From positions 1-64,000 of IMG/VR virus record IMGVR_UViG_3300035156_000188: 64,000 nucleotides of DNA; one strand, 5' to 3'. Shown one piece after another: positions 43,401 through 51,471 of this stretch. Both the position numbers and the translations under genes were made by a program. Position 1 is the stretch's first letter; each line of letters starts with the position of its first letter. The stretch is from a virus. The notes beneath the pieces were generated by a model. The model was not told the origin of the DNA. It did no database searches and worked only from the letters and a program-made list of their open reading frames with translations.

Positions 43401-44066
43401 ATGACCGTATCCCTCGCAAAGAAAGTTGAAGCAGTCGACAACGTGGCGTTCCGCCGCGGCTTCCCCGACACCAAGGTCGCCGTCAAGTGCGCTATCGACG
43501 TGAGCGCGTCGATGGATGACGAATTCCGTGACGGTATTGTCCAGGAAGTCACCGACCGCTTCCTGGCTGTCGGTGTGCGCTTCGATGACAACCAGAGCAT
43601 CGAGATGTATGCCTACGGGTCGGACGCCAAACGCTTGCGCGATGTGACGCCTGCGCAGTTCGGCAACTACATCAACACGACCTTCATCCCGGAAGCCCAG
43701 CGCGCTGGCGTCTGGATGAGCGGCACCAACTACGGCCGTGCCTTCGCCCTGGTCGCCAAGGACACCAAGCCCGCGCTGTTCGGCTTCGGCAAGAAGCCGG
43801 GCCCGAGCCTGCTGCTGTTCCAGACCGACGGCGACACGGCCGACGAGGCCGGCGCCGAGCAGCAGCTGGTCAAGCTGGGCGAGCAGAGCGTCTACGTGCA
43901 GTTGATTGGCGTGGGCAGCAACCGCTTCTCCTGGCTCTCGCGCATGGCCGACAAGTACGAGCACGTCGGCTTCATCACCATCCCGAACCTGCGCGTCGTC
44001 AGCGACGAGCAGCTGTACGAGCAGCTCCTGACCAAGGAACTGGCCACCTGGCTGCGAAAGTTCTGA
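43401..44066 (+). CDS. vWA-domain protein, TerF-C-terminal type (221 aa)
   Basis: MIDAS-like DVSASM, then VRFDDNQSIEMYAYGSDA and LLLFQTDGD. Confidence 0.7.
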   Translation: MTVSLAKKVEAVDNVAFRRGFPDTKVAVKCAIDVSASMDDEFRDGIVQEVTDRFLAVGVRFDDNQSIEMYAYGSDAKRLRDVTPAQFGNYINTTFIPEAQRAGVWMSGTNYGRAFALVAKDTKPALFGFGKKPGPSLLLFQTDGDTADEAGAEQQLVKLGEQSVYVQLIGVGSNRFSWLSRMADKYEHVGFITIPNLRVVSDEQLYEQLLTKELATWLRKF

Positions 44067-44068
44067 CC

Positions 44069-44167
44069 ATGGTTCTGCTGAGCATCTCGACCCTGTTGGT
44101 CTCCCACGCCGCCTGCGCTGTCGCCGGCGGTCTCTTCGTCTGGGCGCGCCGCAAGCGCCCCGCATAA
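44069..44167 (+). CDS. tiny membrane peptide (32 aa)
   Basis: Hand-translated; one hydrophobic helix then RRKRPA. Confidence 0.35.
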   Translation: MVLLSISTLLVSHAACAVAGGLFVWARRKRPA

Positions 44168-44176
44168 GGAAAACCC

Positions 44177-44644
44177 ATGAAAACCGAACACATCCTCGGC
44201 CTCGGCGCCGGCGCCATCACGATCGGCCTGCTGGCCGTGGCCTGCAGCGTCCGCGCTCCGGCGCCCCAGGTGCGCTACGTGCCGGGCCCCGCGGCGGTAG
44301 CCCCGGCGCCGGCCGGCTATGCGCCGACCCCAGCGCAGTATGACCAGGCTCCGCAGTACGCTGCAGCGCCAGCACCGGCCCCGGCCCCGGCCGCCGCGCC
44401 GCAGTCCTCGGGCGTCGGCAGCTTCATCGCCGGTGCCGCCACCGGCGCGCTGGCTGGGCACCTGCTGACGAAGAAGGCGGACACCGCGCCGGCGCCGACC
44501 TTGCGCCAGCCGTCCCGCTACGCGCCGCCGCCGCCGGTGATCCGTCGCCCGGTGCTGCTGCCGCGCCAGGCCTACACGCCGATCAAGCGCCCGGCGCCGG
44601 CGCCGATGACGTACAAACGCGTCACCACCTCGAAGAGGAAATAA
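44177..44644 (+). CDS. Pro/Ala-rich membrane or lipoprotein (155 aa)
   Basis: AAGGAAAA-N3-ATG; LLAVAC lipobox-like signal, APAPAPAPA tracts, Gly-zipper helix GSFIAGAATGALAG. Confidence 0.6.
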   Translation: MKTEHILGLGAGAITIGLLAVACSVRAPAPQVRYVPGPAAVAPAPAGYAPTPAQYDQAPQYAAAPAPAPAPAAAPQSSGVGSFIAGAATGALAGHLLTKKADTAPAPTLRQPSRYAPPPPVIRRPVLLPRQAYTPIKRPAPAPMTYKRVTTSKRK

Positions 44645-44646
44645 GC

Positions 44647-45042
44647 ATGTGGCCATTTGACATCCGTCGCAAGAAGCGCGAAGCCGAAGCCCGCGAGCAA
44701 GCCGCACGTGACGCGCGCCGCAACGACCCGGTCCGCGACAAGGCCTGGGCCGACACCCGGAACAGCTTGCGCGCCAGCTCCAGTTCCCGTCCGGCGTCAG
44801 CCAGCGCGTCGAGCAGCAGCTCGGCGCCGGTCGACAACTCCTGGCAGCCGGTGTCCAGCTGGGACAGCCCGGAGCCGGCGCGCTGCGCCCCAGCGTCGAG
44901 CCACTCGCACCACTCGAGCCCGAGCTGCTCAAGCTCGAGCAGCCACAGCAGCCACGACAGCGGCAGCAGCTACTCCAGCGACAGCGGCAGCAGTGGTGAC
45001 TGCGGCGGCGGCGGTGGCGGCGGCGGTGGCGGCTGCGACTGA
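44647..45042 (+). CDS. Ser-rich low-complexity protein ending in C-G10-C (131 aa)
   Basis: Charged N-terminus, then S/H/D-rich text and the terminal GDCGGGGGGGGGGCD. Confidence 0.5.
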   Translation: MWPFDIRRKKREAEAREQAARDARRNDPVRDKAWADTRNSLRASSSSRPASASASSSSSAPVDNSWQPVSSWDSPEPARCAPASSHSHHSSPSCSSSSSHSSHDSGSSYSSDSGSSGDCGGGGGGGGGGCD

Positions 45043-45084
45043 TTAACCTGGGCCGGCCGCGCGCCGGCCCGCGAAAGGAGCACG

Positions 45085-45438
45085 ATGAAAAAACGCTACA
45101 CCCTCACCTACGACTACACGGATGTTGTGGTCGAGATCGATCACGCCGTGTGCACGGACGCGCTCCTGCACGAGATCAACGACTTCTGGTCGGATCGCAA
45201 GTTCCGCCTGAGCCAGGCGAATGGCGACATCACACGCGCCGTGCTGCTGATGCTCGCGCAGACGGTGCTCCGTCTGAACGTGTCCGACTGGCGCGACACC
45301 GTCTCGCTGATGAAGGACACGGAGACCTGCCCCGAAGGCTGGCCGCTGCTCGACGGCTCGGCCGGCATCACCCTCGTCAAGGTTGAAGACTTCGTGTTCG
45401 ATGCTGATGAGTTCACTGTGGAGGAGGAAGAGCTGTGA
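45085..45438 (+). CDS. hypothetical protein (117 aa)
   Basis: AAGGAG-N5-ATG. Confidence 0.65.
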   Translation: MKKRYTLTYDYTDVVVEIDHAVCTDALLHEINDFWSDRKFRLSQANGDITRAVLLMLAQTVLRLNVSDWRDTVSLMKDTETCPEGWPLLDGSAGITLVKVEDFVFDADEFTVEEEEL

Positions 45439-45584
45439 TCGACCCCGATGAAGTAGAAGACCTGCGGGCCGAGGCTCGCGCCGCGCGGCAGCACGACCGC
45501 TGCGTCTGCGATGTCGGGTCCTGGGGCACCTGCCCTGGCCCGGCCAACTGCCCAAACGCACCTGAAGAGGACGACGATGACTGA
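45435..45584 (+). CDS. small Cys/acidic protein (49 aa)
   Basis: GTG in a GTGA overlap; CVCD..C..C; hand-translated. Confidence 0.35.
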   Translation: MIDPDEVEDLRAEARAARQHDRCVCDVGSWGTCPGPANCPNAPEEDDDD

Positions 45585-46113
45585 ACAAATCTGGGGCGCC
45601 ATCGCGCGCCTCGCCATCCGGCCGCGAGTACGCGACTGGCTGATCCGCCGCGCGCTGCGCACGCCCTACTCACCGATCTTCAAGGACGGCGAGATGTACA
45701 TGAACCGCTTCTGGCTCTTCAACCCGTACGACTTGCGCCCGGAGAGCGAGAAGGGCCTGCTGGCCAAGCTGATGGGCAAGCTGCCGTCGGTGCGCCTGCA
45801 CCACATCCGGCTGCCAGACCGCGATCGCCACCCGCACAGTCATCCGTGGCGTGCCCGCACTGTCATCCTGGACGGCTGGTACGAGGAAGAGCGCCTGATG
45901 GACCTCCGGATGCCTGACGATTTCACCAGTACGGTGACGCGGACGCGCAGACCAGGCGATACCGCCACGCTGACGTTCCAGGACTACCACAAAATCACCA
46001 AACTTTCGATCGGAGGAGCATGGACGCTGTTCATCACCTGGAAGTACCAGGGCACCTGGGGATTCCTCGTCGACGGCAAGAAAGTGCCGTACAAGAAGTA
46101 CCTGGGCCTGTAA
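45577..46113 (+). CDS. conserved hypothetical protein (178 aa)
   Basis: YMNRFWLF..VRLHHI..DRDRHPHSHPW..ILDGWY: His-rich motif of a recurrent phage family I cannot name. Confidence 0.7.
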   Translation: MTEQIWGAIARLAIRPRVRDWLIRRALRTPYSPIFKDGEMYMNRFWLFNPYDLRPESEKGLLAKLMGKLPSVRLHHIRLPDRDRHPHSHPWRARTVILDGWYEEERLMDLRMPDDFTSTVTRTRRPGDTATLTFQDYHKITKLSIGGAWTLFITWKYQGTWGFLVDGKKVPYKKYLGL

Positions 46114-46177
46114 CCCGGGCGGCGTGGTATAGCCGGAAGAACGGCGGCGGCTGGCGCCGCTGCCGCAAAAATTTCAC

Positions 46178-46207
46178 TTGCCAGCAAGCATTATGTCTGT
46201 GTAAGAT
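46178..46207 (+). promoter_or_regulatory. sigma70-type promoter candidate TTGCCA-18-TAAGAT
   Basis: Hexamers at 46178-46183 and 46202-46207, in one of the few intergenic gaps of the plus operon. Confidence 0.45.
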
Positions 46208-46228
46208 CGTCGCCGGAGAGCAATATTT

Positions 46229-46240
46229 TGACAGTTGTCA
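46229..46240. promoter_or_regulatory. palindrome TGACA-GT-TGTCA (operator-like)
   Basis: Same half-site as the 19380-19431 array; lies about +15 to +26 relative to the promoter candidate. Confidence 0.45.
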
Positions 46241-46297
46241 CGTCACCTCCTGGCCCCGAACCCTCCGAATATGCGCCCAGTGCGCGGAAAGTCCAAT

Positions 46298-46465
46298 ATG
46301 AATATCACCCCAGAAGTCCAGGCGCGCGCCGCCGAGCTCATCGTCGAGCGCACCGACGGCGGCTACACCCAGCCGGGCGCCGAGCGTCTAGTCAACACCA
46401 CCGTGCTGGTCCTGCAGGCCATCCACGACGCGATCGAGGAACTCCAGGTCGATGTCTTCGCATGA
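46298..46465 (+). CDS. hypothetical protein (55 aa)
   Basis: Internal ATG of the track ORF; coupled to the J-domain gene by ATGA. Confidence 0.5.
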   Translation: MNITPEVQARAAELIVERTDGGYTQPGAERLVNTTVLVLQAIHDAIEELQVDVFA

Positions 46466-47121
46466 TCGACCTGTATGAGGTTCTCGAAGTGGCGCGCGAC
46501 GCCGACACGCGCACTATCAAGTCCGCCTGGCGCAAGCTCGCGCAGCTCCACCACCCGGACAAGCACGGCGGTGACGACAGCATCTTCAAGGAGATCCAGC
46601 AGGCCTACGACGTGCTGGGTGACGCCGAGCGGCGCGCCCAGTACGACGAAACCGGCAGCACGACGCCGATGTCCTCGGTCGAGGCCGTGGCGCGCACGGC
46701 CCTGGCCGAGATGATCAACAAGGCGATCGAGGCGGTCGGCTCGGTCGCTGAGGACGAGCTGGAGTATCACGACCCGGTGCAGGTGGTGCGCGACGAGCTG
46801 CACGGCGTCCGCAAGACCAACGCCGAGGTGCGCGACAAGGTGCAGCGCAAGATCCGCCAGCGCCGCACGGCCCTCGAGCGCCTGGTGCGCAAGGAAGGTG
46901 ACGGCCCGAGTGTCCTGGCCGACGCTGTCCAGGGCGCGATCGCGCAGCTGGAAGGCTCGCTCGATCAGATCGCCGAGAAGGACGTCGTGATCCTCAAGGT
47001 CCTGGACCTGCTTGCCGAATACGACTACACGACGGACGAGCGCAAGTCGGAGCCGCGCTGGGAGCCTATGTCTTCAGGGAGCTGGCGCCAGCCGCCGGGG
47101 CCGCGCTGGGGCGGGATTTAA
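46462..47121 (+). CDS. J-domain (DnaJ-like) protein (219 aa)
   Basis: DLYEVLEV....IK.AWRKLAQLHHPDK...D.F.EIQQAYDVLGD..RR..YD. Confidence 0.8.
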   Translation: MIDLYEVLEVARDADTRTIKSAWRKLAQLHHPDKHGGDDSIFKEIQQAYDVLGDAERRAQYDETGSTTPMSSVEAVARTALAEMINKAIEAVGSVAEDELEYHDPVQVVRDELHGVRKTNAEVRDKVQRKIRQRRTALERLVRKEGDGPSVLADAVQGAIAQLEGSLDQIAEKDVVILKVLDLLAEYDYTTDERKSEPRWEPMSSGSWRQPPGPRWGGI

Positions 47122-47262
47122 CGCCCAGCCCGACCCGAGGCCGCGCCGGTGCGGCCGGCGTCGCGATGGTGCCGCGCAGCACTGGCGCCGGCGGCTCGAC
47201 GACAACCGGCGCAGGGCGACTGACGGCGTAGGTTACAGCCAGGTCACTGCGCACGGTAGCCA

Positions 47263-47568
47263 TTAATTGTCCACGCGCTTGAAGTGAATCGTGCGGTCGA
47301 ACTGCTCGGTGTTTGCGCAGGTGACACGGAAGGTGCACTTGTTGACGGCGCCTGCCGTGACCGCCAGGCCGCCCAGCTTGACGGTCAGCTTGCCGGCGCT
47401 GATGGTCACCTCGGTGAGGGCTTCGACGCCCTCCACGACCGGCAGAACCGACACCGCGGTCGTGTTCATCACCGCCAGGTCTTCGGTGACGTCGGCAGTG
47501 TAGAACAGCTTGTCTTCTGGATCTTTCTCGATCCACCATTTACCATCTTCGAATACTGGCTCAATCAT
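47263..47568 (-). CDS. small virion/fibre-associated protein (101 aa)
   Basis: Last gene of the minus island; W.IEKDP.DKL.Y text seems familiar from proteins next to tail fibres (from memory). Confidence 0.55.
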   Translation of the reverse strand: MIEPVFEDGKWWIEKDPEDKLFYTADVTEDLAVMNTTAVSVLPVVEGVEALTEVTISAGKLTVKLGGLAVTAGAVNKCTFRVTCANTEQFDRTIHFKRVDN

Positions 47569-49084
47569 CTGTGAACTCCACGGTTCGGTTCATTGCAATA
47601 AATTTAACGGTGCGGTTCCGGGCCTTGAACACGATCGTGCGGTCCGGCGCCTTGGTCACAATTTCACGCCCCTGCGCGCTGGAAAACACCACGGTGCGTT
47701 TCGGCGGCGCCACGATGCCTGGGATGATCGCGGCATAGACCGAGTAGATCCCCAGCAGATCGGAGCGCACGGCCGCGACCACCTTGTATGCGGCACTGAA
47801 TTCCCGGGCCACTGTCTCGCGCACTGCGTAAGCTGGCGCAAGCGTCTGGCCGACCGTGTCTCGCACTGCGTAGCTCGGCGCCAGGTCTTTGTTGACGGCG
47901 CCCAGGACGCGGTAGCTTGCGCTCAGGCTGGTCGTGACCGACACCGACGACAGCACCTGGTAGTCGGCGAACAGGTCGTTCGACACGCTGGCGTAGACGG
48001 CGTAGTTCGCTGTGACGTCTTTGGCGACTGCCGCAAGCACGCGGTAGTCTGTGGTCAGATCCTTGGCGAGCGCCGTGCGCACCGCGTAATCTGCCGCTAG
48101 GCTGCGTGTCACCGACGCCAGGATGCGGTAGTCGCCGGCGGCGTTCGCGCCGACCGCGCCGAATACTGAGTAGGCCGCTGGCAGATTCGTGGCCACCGCG
48201 CCGCGCACTGCGTAGCTCGGCGCCAGGTCTTTGTTGACGGTACCGCGCACCGAGTAGGCTGCGCTCAGGTTTGCCGACACCAGCGTGGTCACGACCGCGT
48301 CCGACAGCATGGCGTACGGGAAGCTCGGCGCCGCAGCCATGATCATCTGCGGGTTGCGGTAGAAGTTGTCGATCTCTTTTTCGGTCAGCGCCCGCCCGCC
48401 GATGAACGTTGCGTTGAACAGCTGCGCATTCATCGACTGGAAGCCGTACGTGCCGCCGCCCATCAGGTCCAGCGGTACGGTGTCACCAGTTGCCAGCGGC
48501 CCGGCCAGGCTCGACGTGAAGGAGCGGGACACGACGCCCTGCGGCGTTCCATCATTCAGAAACACACGGCAGTGCGAGCGGACCTTGATCTGCGTGCCAC
48601 CGTCGTAGGTGATCCCAAGGAAGACGCGAGCGTAGGTGCCACCTTGGGTCCACAGGTCGTAGTTGTAGTCGTTGCTGTATGTCTGAAGATTGATACGGCG
48701 GAAGCTGGTAGCCGAGAGCAACGTGAATTGCGTCCGTGGCTTGTTCGAGGCGTCGCCGAAGCTGAATACGCACTTGCCTCCGCTGTACGAAAAGTCACCT
48801 TGCCAGAATTCGACAATGATCGTGCGCGCGCTGGAACCGGCCATACCCAGTTCGGACGGCAGCAGGCCGGTGCTGATTTTGCCGGCGCCGGTGCCCATCG
48901 CAGCCTTGCCCGTCGGGTCGGGCTGCAGGACCGGGCCAGTCGATACGCCCAAGCCAGGCCGCCCGCGAACGGCCGACTTGAAATCCCGAACCAGCGGGAA
49001 ATGCGCGGTGACGTTCCTGCCGATCGGCGTACCGGCTGAAACTTTTGTGCCTGCTGACAGGCGGCGTGCGTAATCGCGCGACAC
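47561..49084 (-). CDS. fibre-like protein: LamG/concanavalin-type domain plus 13 x 14-aa repeats (507 aa)
   Basis: Central VFSFGDASN..LFNATFIGGRALTEKEI text; Tyr every 14 residues from Y277 to Y447; four RT(V/I).F units at the C-terminus. Confidence 0.7.
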   Translation of the reverse strand: MSRDYARRLSAGTKVSAGTPIGRNVTAHFPLVRDFKSAVRGRPGLGVSTGPVLQPDPTGKAAMGTGAGKISTGLLPSELGMAGSSARTIIVEFWQGDFSYSGGKCVFSFGDASNKPRTQFTLLSATSFRRINLQTYSNDYNYDLWTQGGTYARVFLGITYDGGTQIKVRSHCRVFLNDGTPQGVVSRSFTSSLAGPLATGDTVPLDLMGGGTYGFQSMNAQLFNATFIGGRALTEKEIDNFYRNPQMIMAAAPSFPYAMLSDAVVTTLVSANLSAAYSVRGTVNKDLAPSYAVRGAVATNLPAAYSVFGAVGANAAGDYRILASVTRSLAADYAVRTALAKDLTTDYRVLAAVAKDVTANYAVYASVSNDLFADYQVLSSVSVTTSLSASYRVLGAVNKDLAPSYAVRDTVGQTLAPAYAVRETVAREFSAAYKVVAAVRSDLLGIYSVYAAIIPGIVAPPKRTVVFSSAQGREIVTKAPDRTIVFKARNRTVKFIAMNRTVEFTDD

Positions 49085-49087
49085 AGC

Positions 49088-49477
49088 TTACGGCACCTGA
49101 CGTTCCAGGAACACCTCAACTGTTACGTTCTGCGAGGTGTTGCCGAACGCTTTGGCGGTGAACTGCGAGAAGCCAGGCGGGCAAGGGATCGATCCGCTCG
49201 TCGTGCTGTTGACGGCCACATCGCCGCTCACCCGGTCGATCTCGTACAGGCGCCCATTGGCGACGCCGTAGAACACGATGATGATCGGCGCGCCTGGCGC
49301 TAGGCCGCCGTTGGTGATTCGGTAGGCGAATGTGTCGCCATAGTCGGCGAACGGTCCGACGATCGCACCGACACCTGAGCTGTGAGGCGCCGCCTCAGTG
49401 TAGGTGGCGGCGGTCGCGCCGAACATGACCGAGGTGCCGGCCGCGAGGATGCTTGCTTCTGCGATGGTCATGGCCAT
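49088..49477 (-). CDS. beta-rich structural-type protein (129 aa)
   Basis: ORF track; G/A/T/V-rich. Confidence 0.55.
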   Translation of the reverse strand: MAMTIAEASILAAGTSVMFGATAATYTEAAPHSSGVGAIVGPFADYGDTFAYRITNGGLAPGAPIIIVFYGVANGRLYEIDRVSGDVAVNSTTSGSIPCPPGFSQFTAKAFGNTSQNVTVEVFLERQVP

Positions 49478-49977
49478 TATGGCGCCTCACTTGCAATTTG
49501 ATTGAGCGCCGCTTCGATTTGCAGCCGGTCGGCGATGACCGGCGCCAGCGCAAGCGACTTGAGCGCCGCCACGGCGCTGCCGTATTTCGTAGGGCTTGTG
49601 GCGGCGATCAGATCCATCATCCCGCGCGCGCGGCCAGAGCCGATGTCGAGGCCGTCGCTGTCTTCGAGCCAGCCGTGGGCACTTGCCAGGGCGTCGAGAT
49701 ACGCGAAATGCTCGTCGGGCGGAACGCCCATCTGATCCAACACCGCCACGAAAGCCGCCGGCAACTCCGTGGCGTCACTGAGTGAGCGCAGCAGCTGCAG
49801 GAAGTTGGCCGCGTCGACGACTGACAGCACGTTGCGTACGCCGCGCGACGTGATGTGCAGCGGCACCGGCGCCATCAGCCCTTCGGCGTTCAGCGCCGCA
49901 GTCAGGCCGTCCAGGTCACGCGCAGCGCGCAGATCGTCAAGATCCGCACGCGCAAGGATGCGGGCGCGGATGTCCAT
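49477..49977 (-). CDS. hypothetical protein (166 aa)
   Basis: Start MDIRARIL in a TAATG overlap; the upstream part of the track ORF is shadow text. Confidence 0.55.
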   Translation of the reverse strand: MDIRARILARADLDDLRAARDLDGLTAALNAEGLMAPVPLHITSRGVRNVLSVVDAANFLQLLRSLSDATELPAAFVAVLDQMGVPPDEHFAYLDALASAHGWLEDSDGLDIGSGRARGMMDLIAATSPTKYGSAVAALKSLALAPVIADRLQIEAALNQIASEAP

Positions 49978-50513
49978 TAGGCGGTGTCGCCTTCGACGCG
50001 CAGAACGAACGGGTCGCTTGCGATCGATGGGGCGCCTGCCGTAACCACACGTTTGATCCACACGGCGCGGCTCTGGCCAGGCCCGAGGTTTTCCAGCGCA
50101 AGGCCAGCACCCTTGCTCGCCGCCAGGCTGAATGTGACGCCAGCAGGTGCGGTCGTCTCGTTGGCGACCGACTGCTCGGTGCCGTTCACCGCCGAAGTGC
50201 CCAAGCCGATGGTGACCTCGGTGCCTGTGTTCGGGGTGTTCGAGTTGAGCCACGCGAACGGCGCGTAGAGCGTCAGCGACCCGTGGTTGTTGCGCACGTA
50301 GACGCAGCGGTACTCGGTGCGGCCGGCGGCAGCCTCAGCCGACGTGACGTCGTCGAGGATGTCGGTGCCCGCCACTGCAGCCGTGGATTGCACGCCACCC
50401 AAGGACGTGAGCGGGGAGGAGTTTGCCGCACCGCCGGAGAGGCGATACAGGATGTCAGCGGAGGCGATAGGCATGGCGAGACCTTGCAGGTTGATTTCCA
50501 GCAAGTCTGGCAT
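49977..50513 (-). CDS. structural-type protein (178 aa), first gene of the island
   Basis: ILYRLSGGAANS..SLGG....YRCVYVRN....WIKR text resembles fibre/adaptor N-terminal proteins (from memory). Confidence 0.55.
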   Translation of the reverse strand: MPDLLEINLQGLAMPIASADILYRLSGGAANSSPLTSLGGVQSTAAVAGTDILDDVTSAEAAAGRTEYRCVYVRNNHGSLTLYAPFAWLNSNTPNTGTEVTIGLGTSAVNGTEQSVANETTAPAGVTFSLAASKGAGLALENLGPGQSRAVWIKRVVTAGAPSIASDPFVLRVEGDTA

Positions 50514-50556
50514 GATTCTTGCCTCGTGTAAAGAAATGACAGCAGGAAAAATTGCT

Positions 50557-50586
50557 TTGACAGAAGTCAGAAATTTGATTTACCGT
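50557..50586 (+). promoter_or_regulatory. sigma70-type promoter candidate TTGACA-18-TACCGT with TGACAGAAGTCA dyad
   Basis: Lies in the divergent gap between the island and rdgC; the -35 is embedded in TTGACAG-NN-GTCA, as at 58303. Confidence 0.4.
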
Positions 50587-50622
50587 AGTGCCCGCTTAAC
50601 CCCACCCACCTGAAAGTTACCT

Positions 50623-51471
50623 ATGTTCAAAAAAGCAACCATCATCGGCTTCAACCCGAAGGCCATGGCCACCCTGACCGTGCCGCAGGAGCAGCTGTTC
50701 GCGCCGCTGCTGTCGAGTGAGGTCAGCCGCTCGGGCTGGTCGGCAGTCCGCGACGACGAGCTGGTCTACATCGGCCACAACAAGCAAGTCCTGATGCACT
50801 TCACGATCGAGAAGAAGATCCTGCCGGCGTCGGTCGTCAACCAGGTCGCCAAGGCCAAGGCCGCCGAGCTGGAAGAGCAGCAGGGCTTCCCGCCAGGGAA
50901 GAAGGCCATGAAGGATTTGAAGGAGCGCGTCTTCGATGAGCTGCTGCCGCGCGCCTTCACCACCACCAGCGTGACCCGCGTCTGGATCGACCGTGAAGCC
51001 GGCCGCATCGTGATCGAGAACACCGCAGGGTCGGTCCTGGACCTGATCCAGCGCGCGTTGTACAAGACCTTCGGCGAGCTGCAGCTGCAGGACATCGCCT
51101 GGCCGCGCGCCAAGGTGCTCACGTCGTGGCTGGACCAGGGCGAGCCGGAACACTTCACGCTTGACGACGCCGTCACGCTGCAGTACCCGAACGCCCAGCG
51201 CAAGGTCGTCAAGTTCGCCAAGGCCAACCTCGCCGCCGAAGACGTCCGTGGCCACGTCGCGGCCGGCGCCGTCGTCCAGGCTGTGGCCATGACCTACAAC
51301 AGCCGCATCTCGTTCACCATCACCGACAACATGCAGCTGCGCGGCATCAAGCCTCTCGACATCCTGCGCGAGTCGGCCGGCACGCCGGACGCGGACAAGT
51401 TCGACAACGATTTCACGCTGATGACCGGCGAGCTGTCCCTCCTGTTCACCGCCCTCGCCGAGGCCGCATGA
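50623..51471 (+). CDS. rdgC: recombination-associated protein RdgC
   Basis: Collinear with E. coli RdgC from memory: KKILPASVVNQ, LLPRAF, WID...G.IVIE, FDNDFTLMTGEL. Confidence 0.8.
   Translation: MFKKATIIGFNPKAMATLTVPQEQLFAPLLSSEVSRSGWSAVRDDELVYIGHNKQVLMHFTIEKKILPASVVNQVAKAKAAELEEQQGFPPGKKAMKDLKERVFDELLPRAFTTTSVTRVWIDREAGRIVIENTAGSVLDLIQRALYKTFGELQLQDIAWPRAKVLTSWLDQGEPEHFTLDDAVTLQYPNAQRKVVKFAKANLAAEDVRGHVAAGAVVQAVAMTYNSRISFTITDNMQLRGIKPLDILRESAGTPDADKFDNDFTLMTGELSLLFTALAEAA

Noticed and set aside
47729-48277. Repetitive fibre C-terminal region considered as a diversity-generating retroelement target.
   Set aside because: There is no reverse transcriptase gene, no template-repeat copy elsewhere in the window, and no adenine-specific mismatch pattern between the duplicated segments.
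50541-50558. AGCAGGAAAAATTGCTTT, considered as a further copy of the GTGGCAC-N5-TTGCTT element upstream of the fibre island.
   Set aside because: Only the TTGCTT half matches. There is no GG at the -24 position (spacing 9 nt), so it is not the same element.
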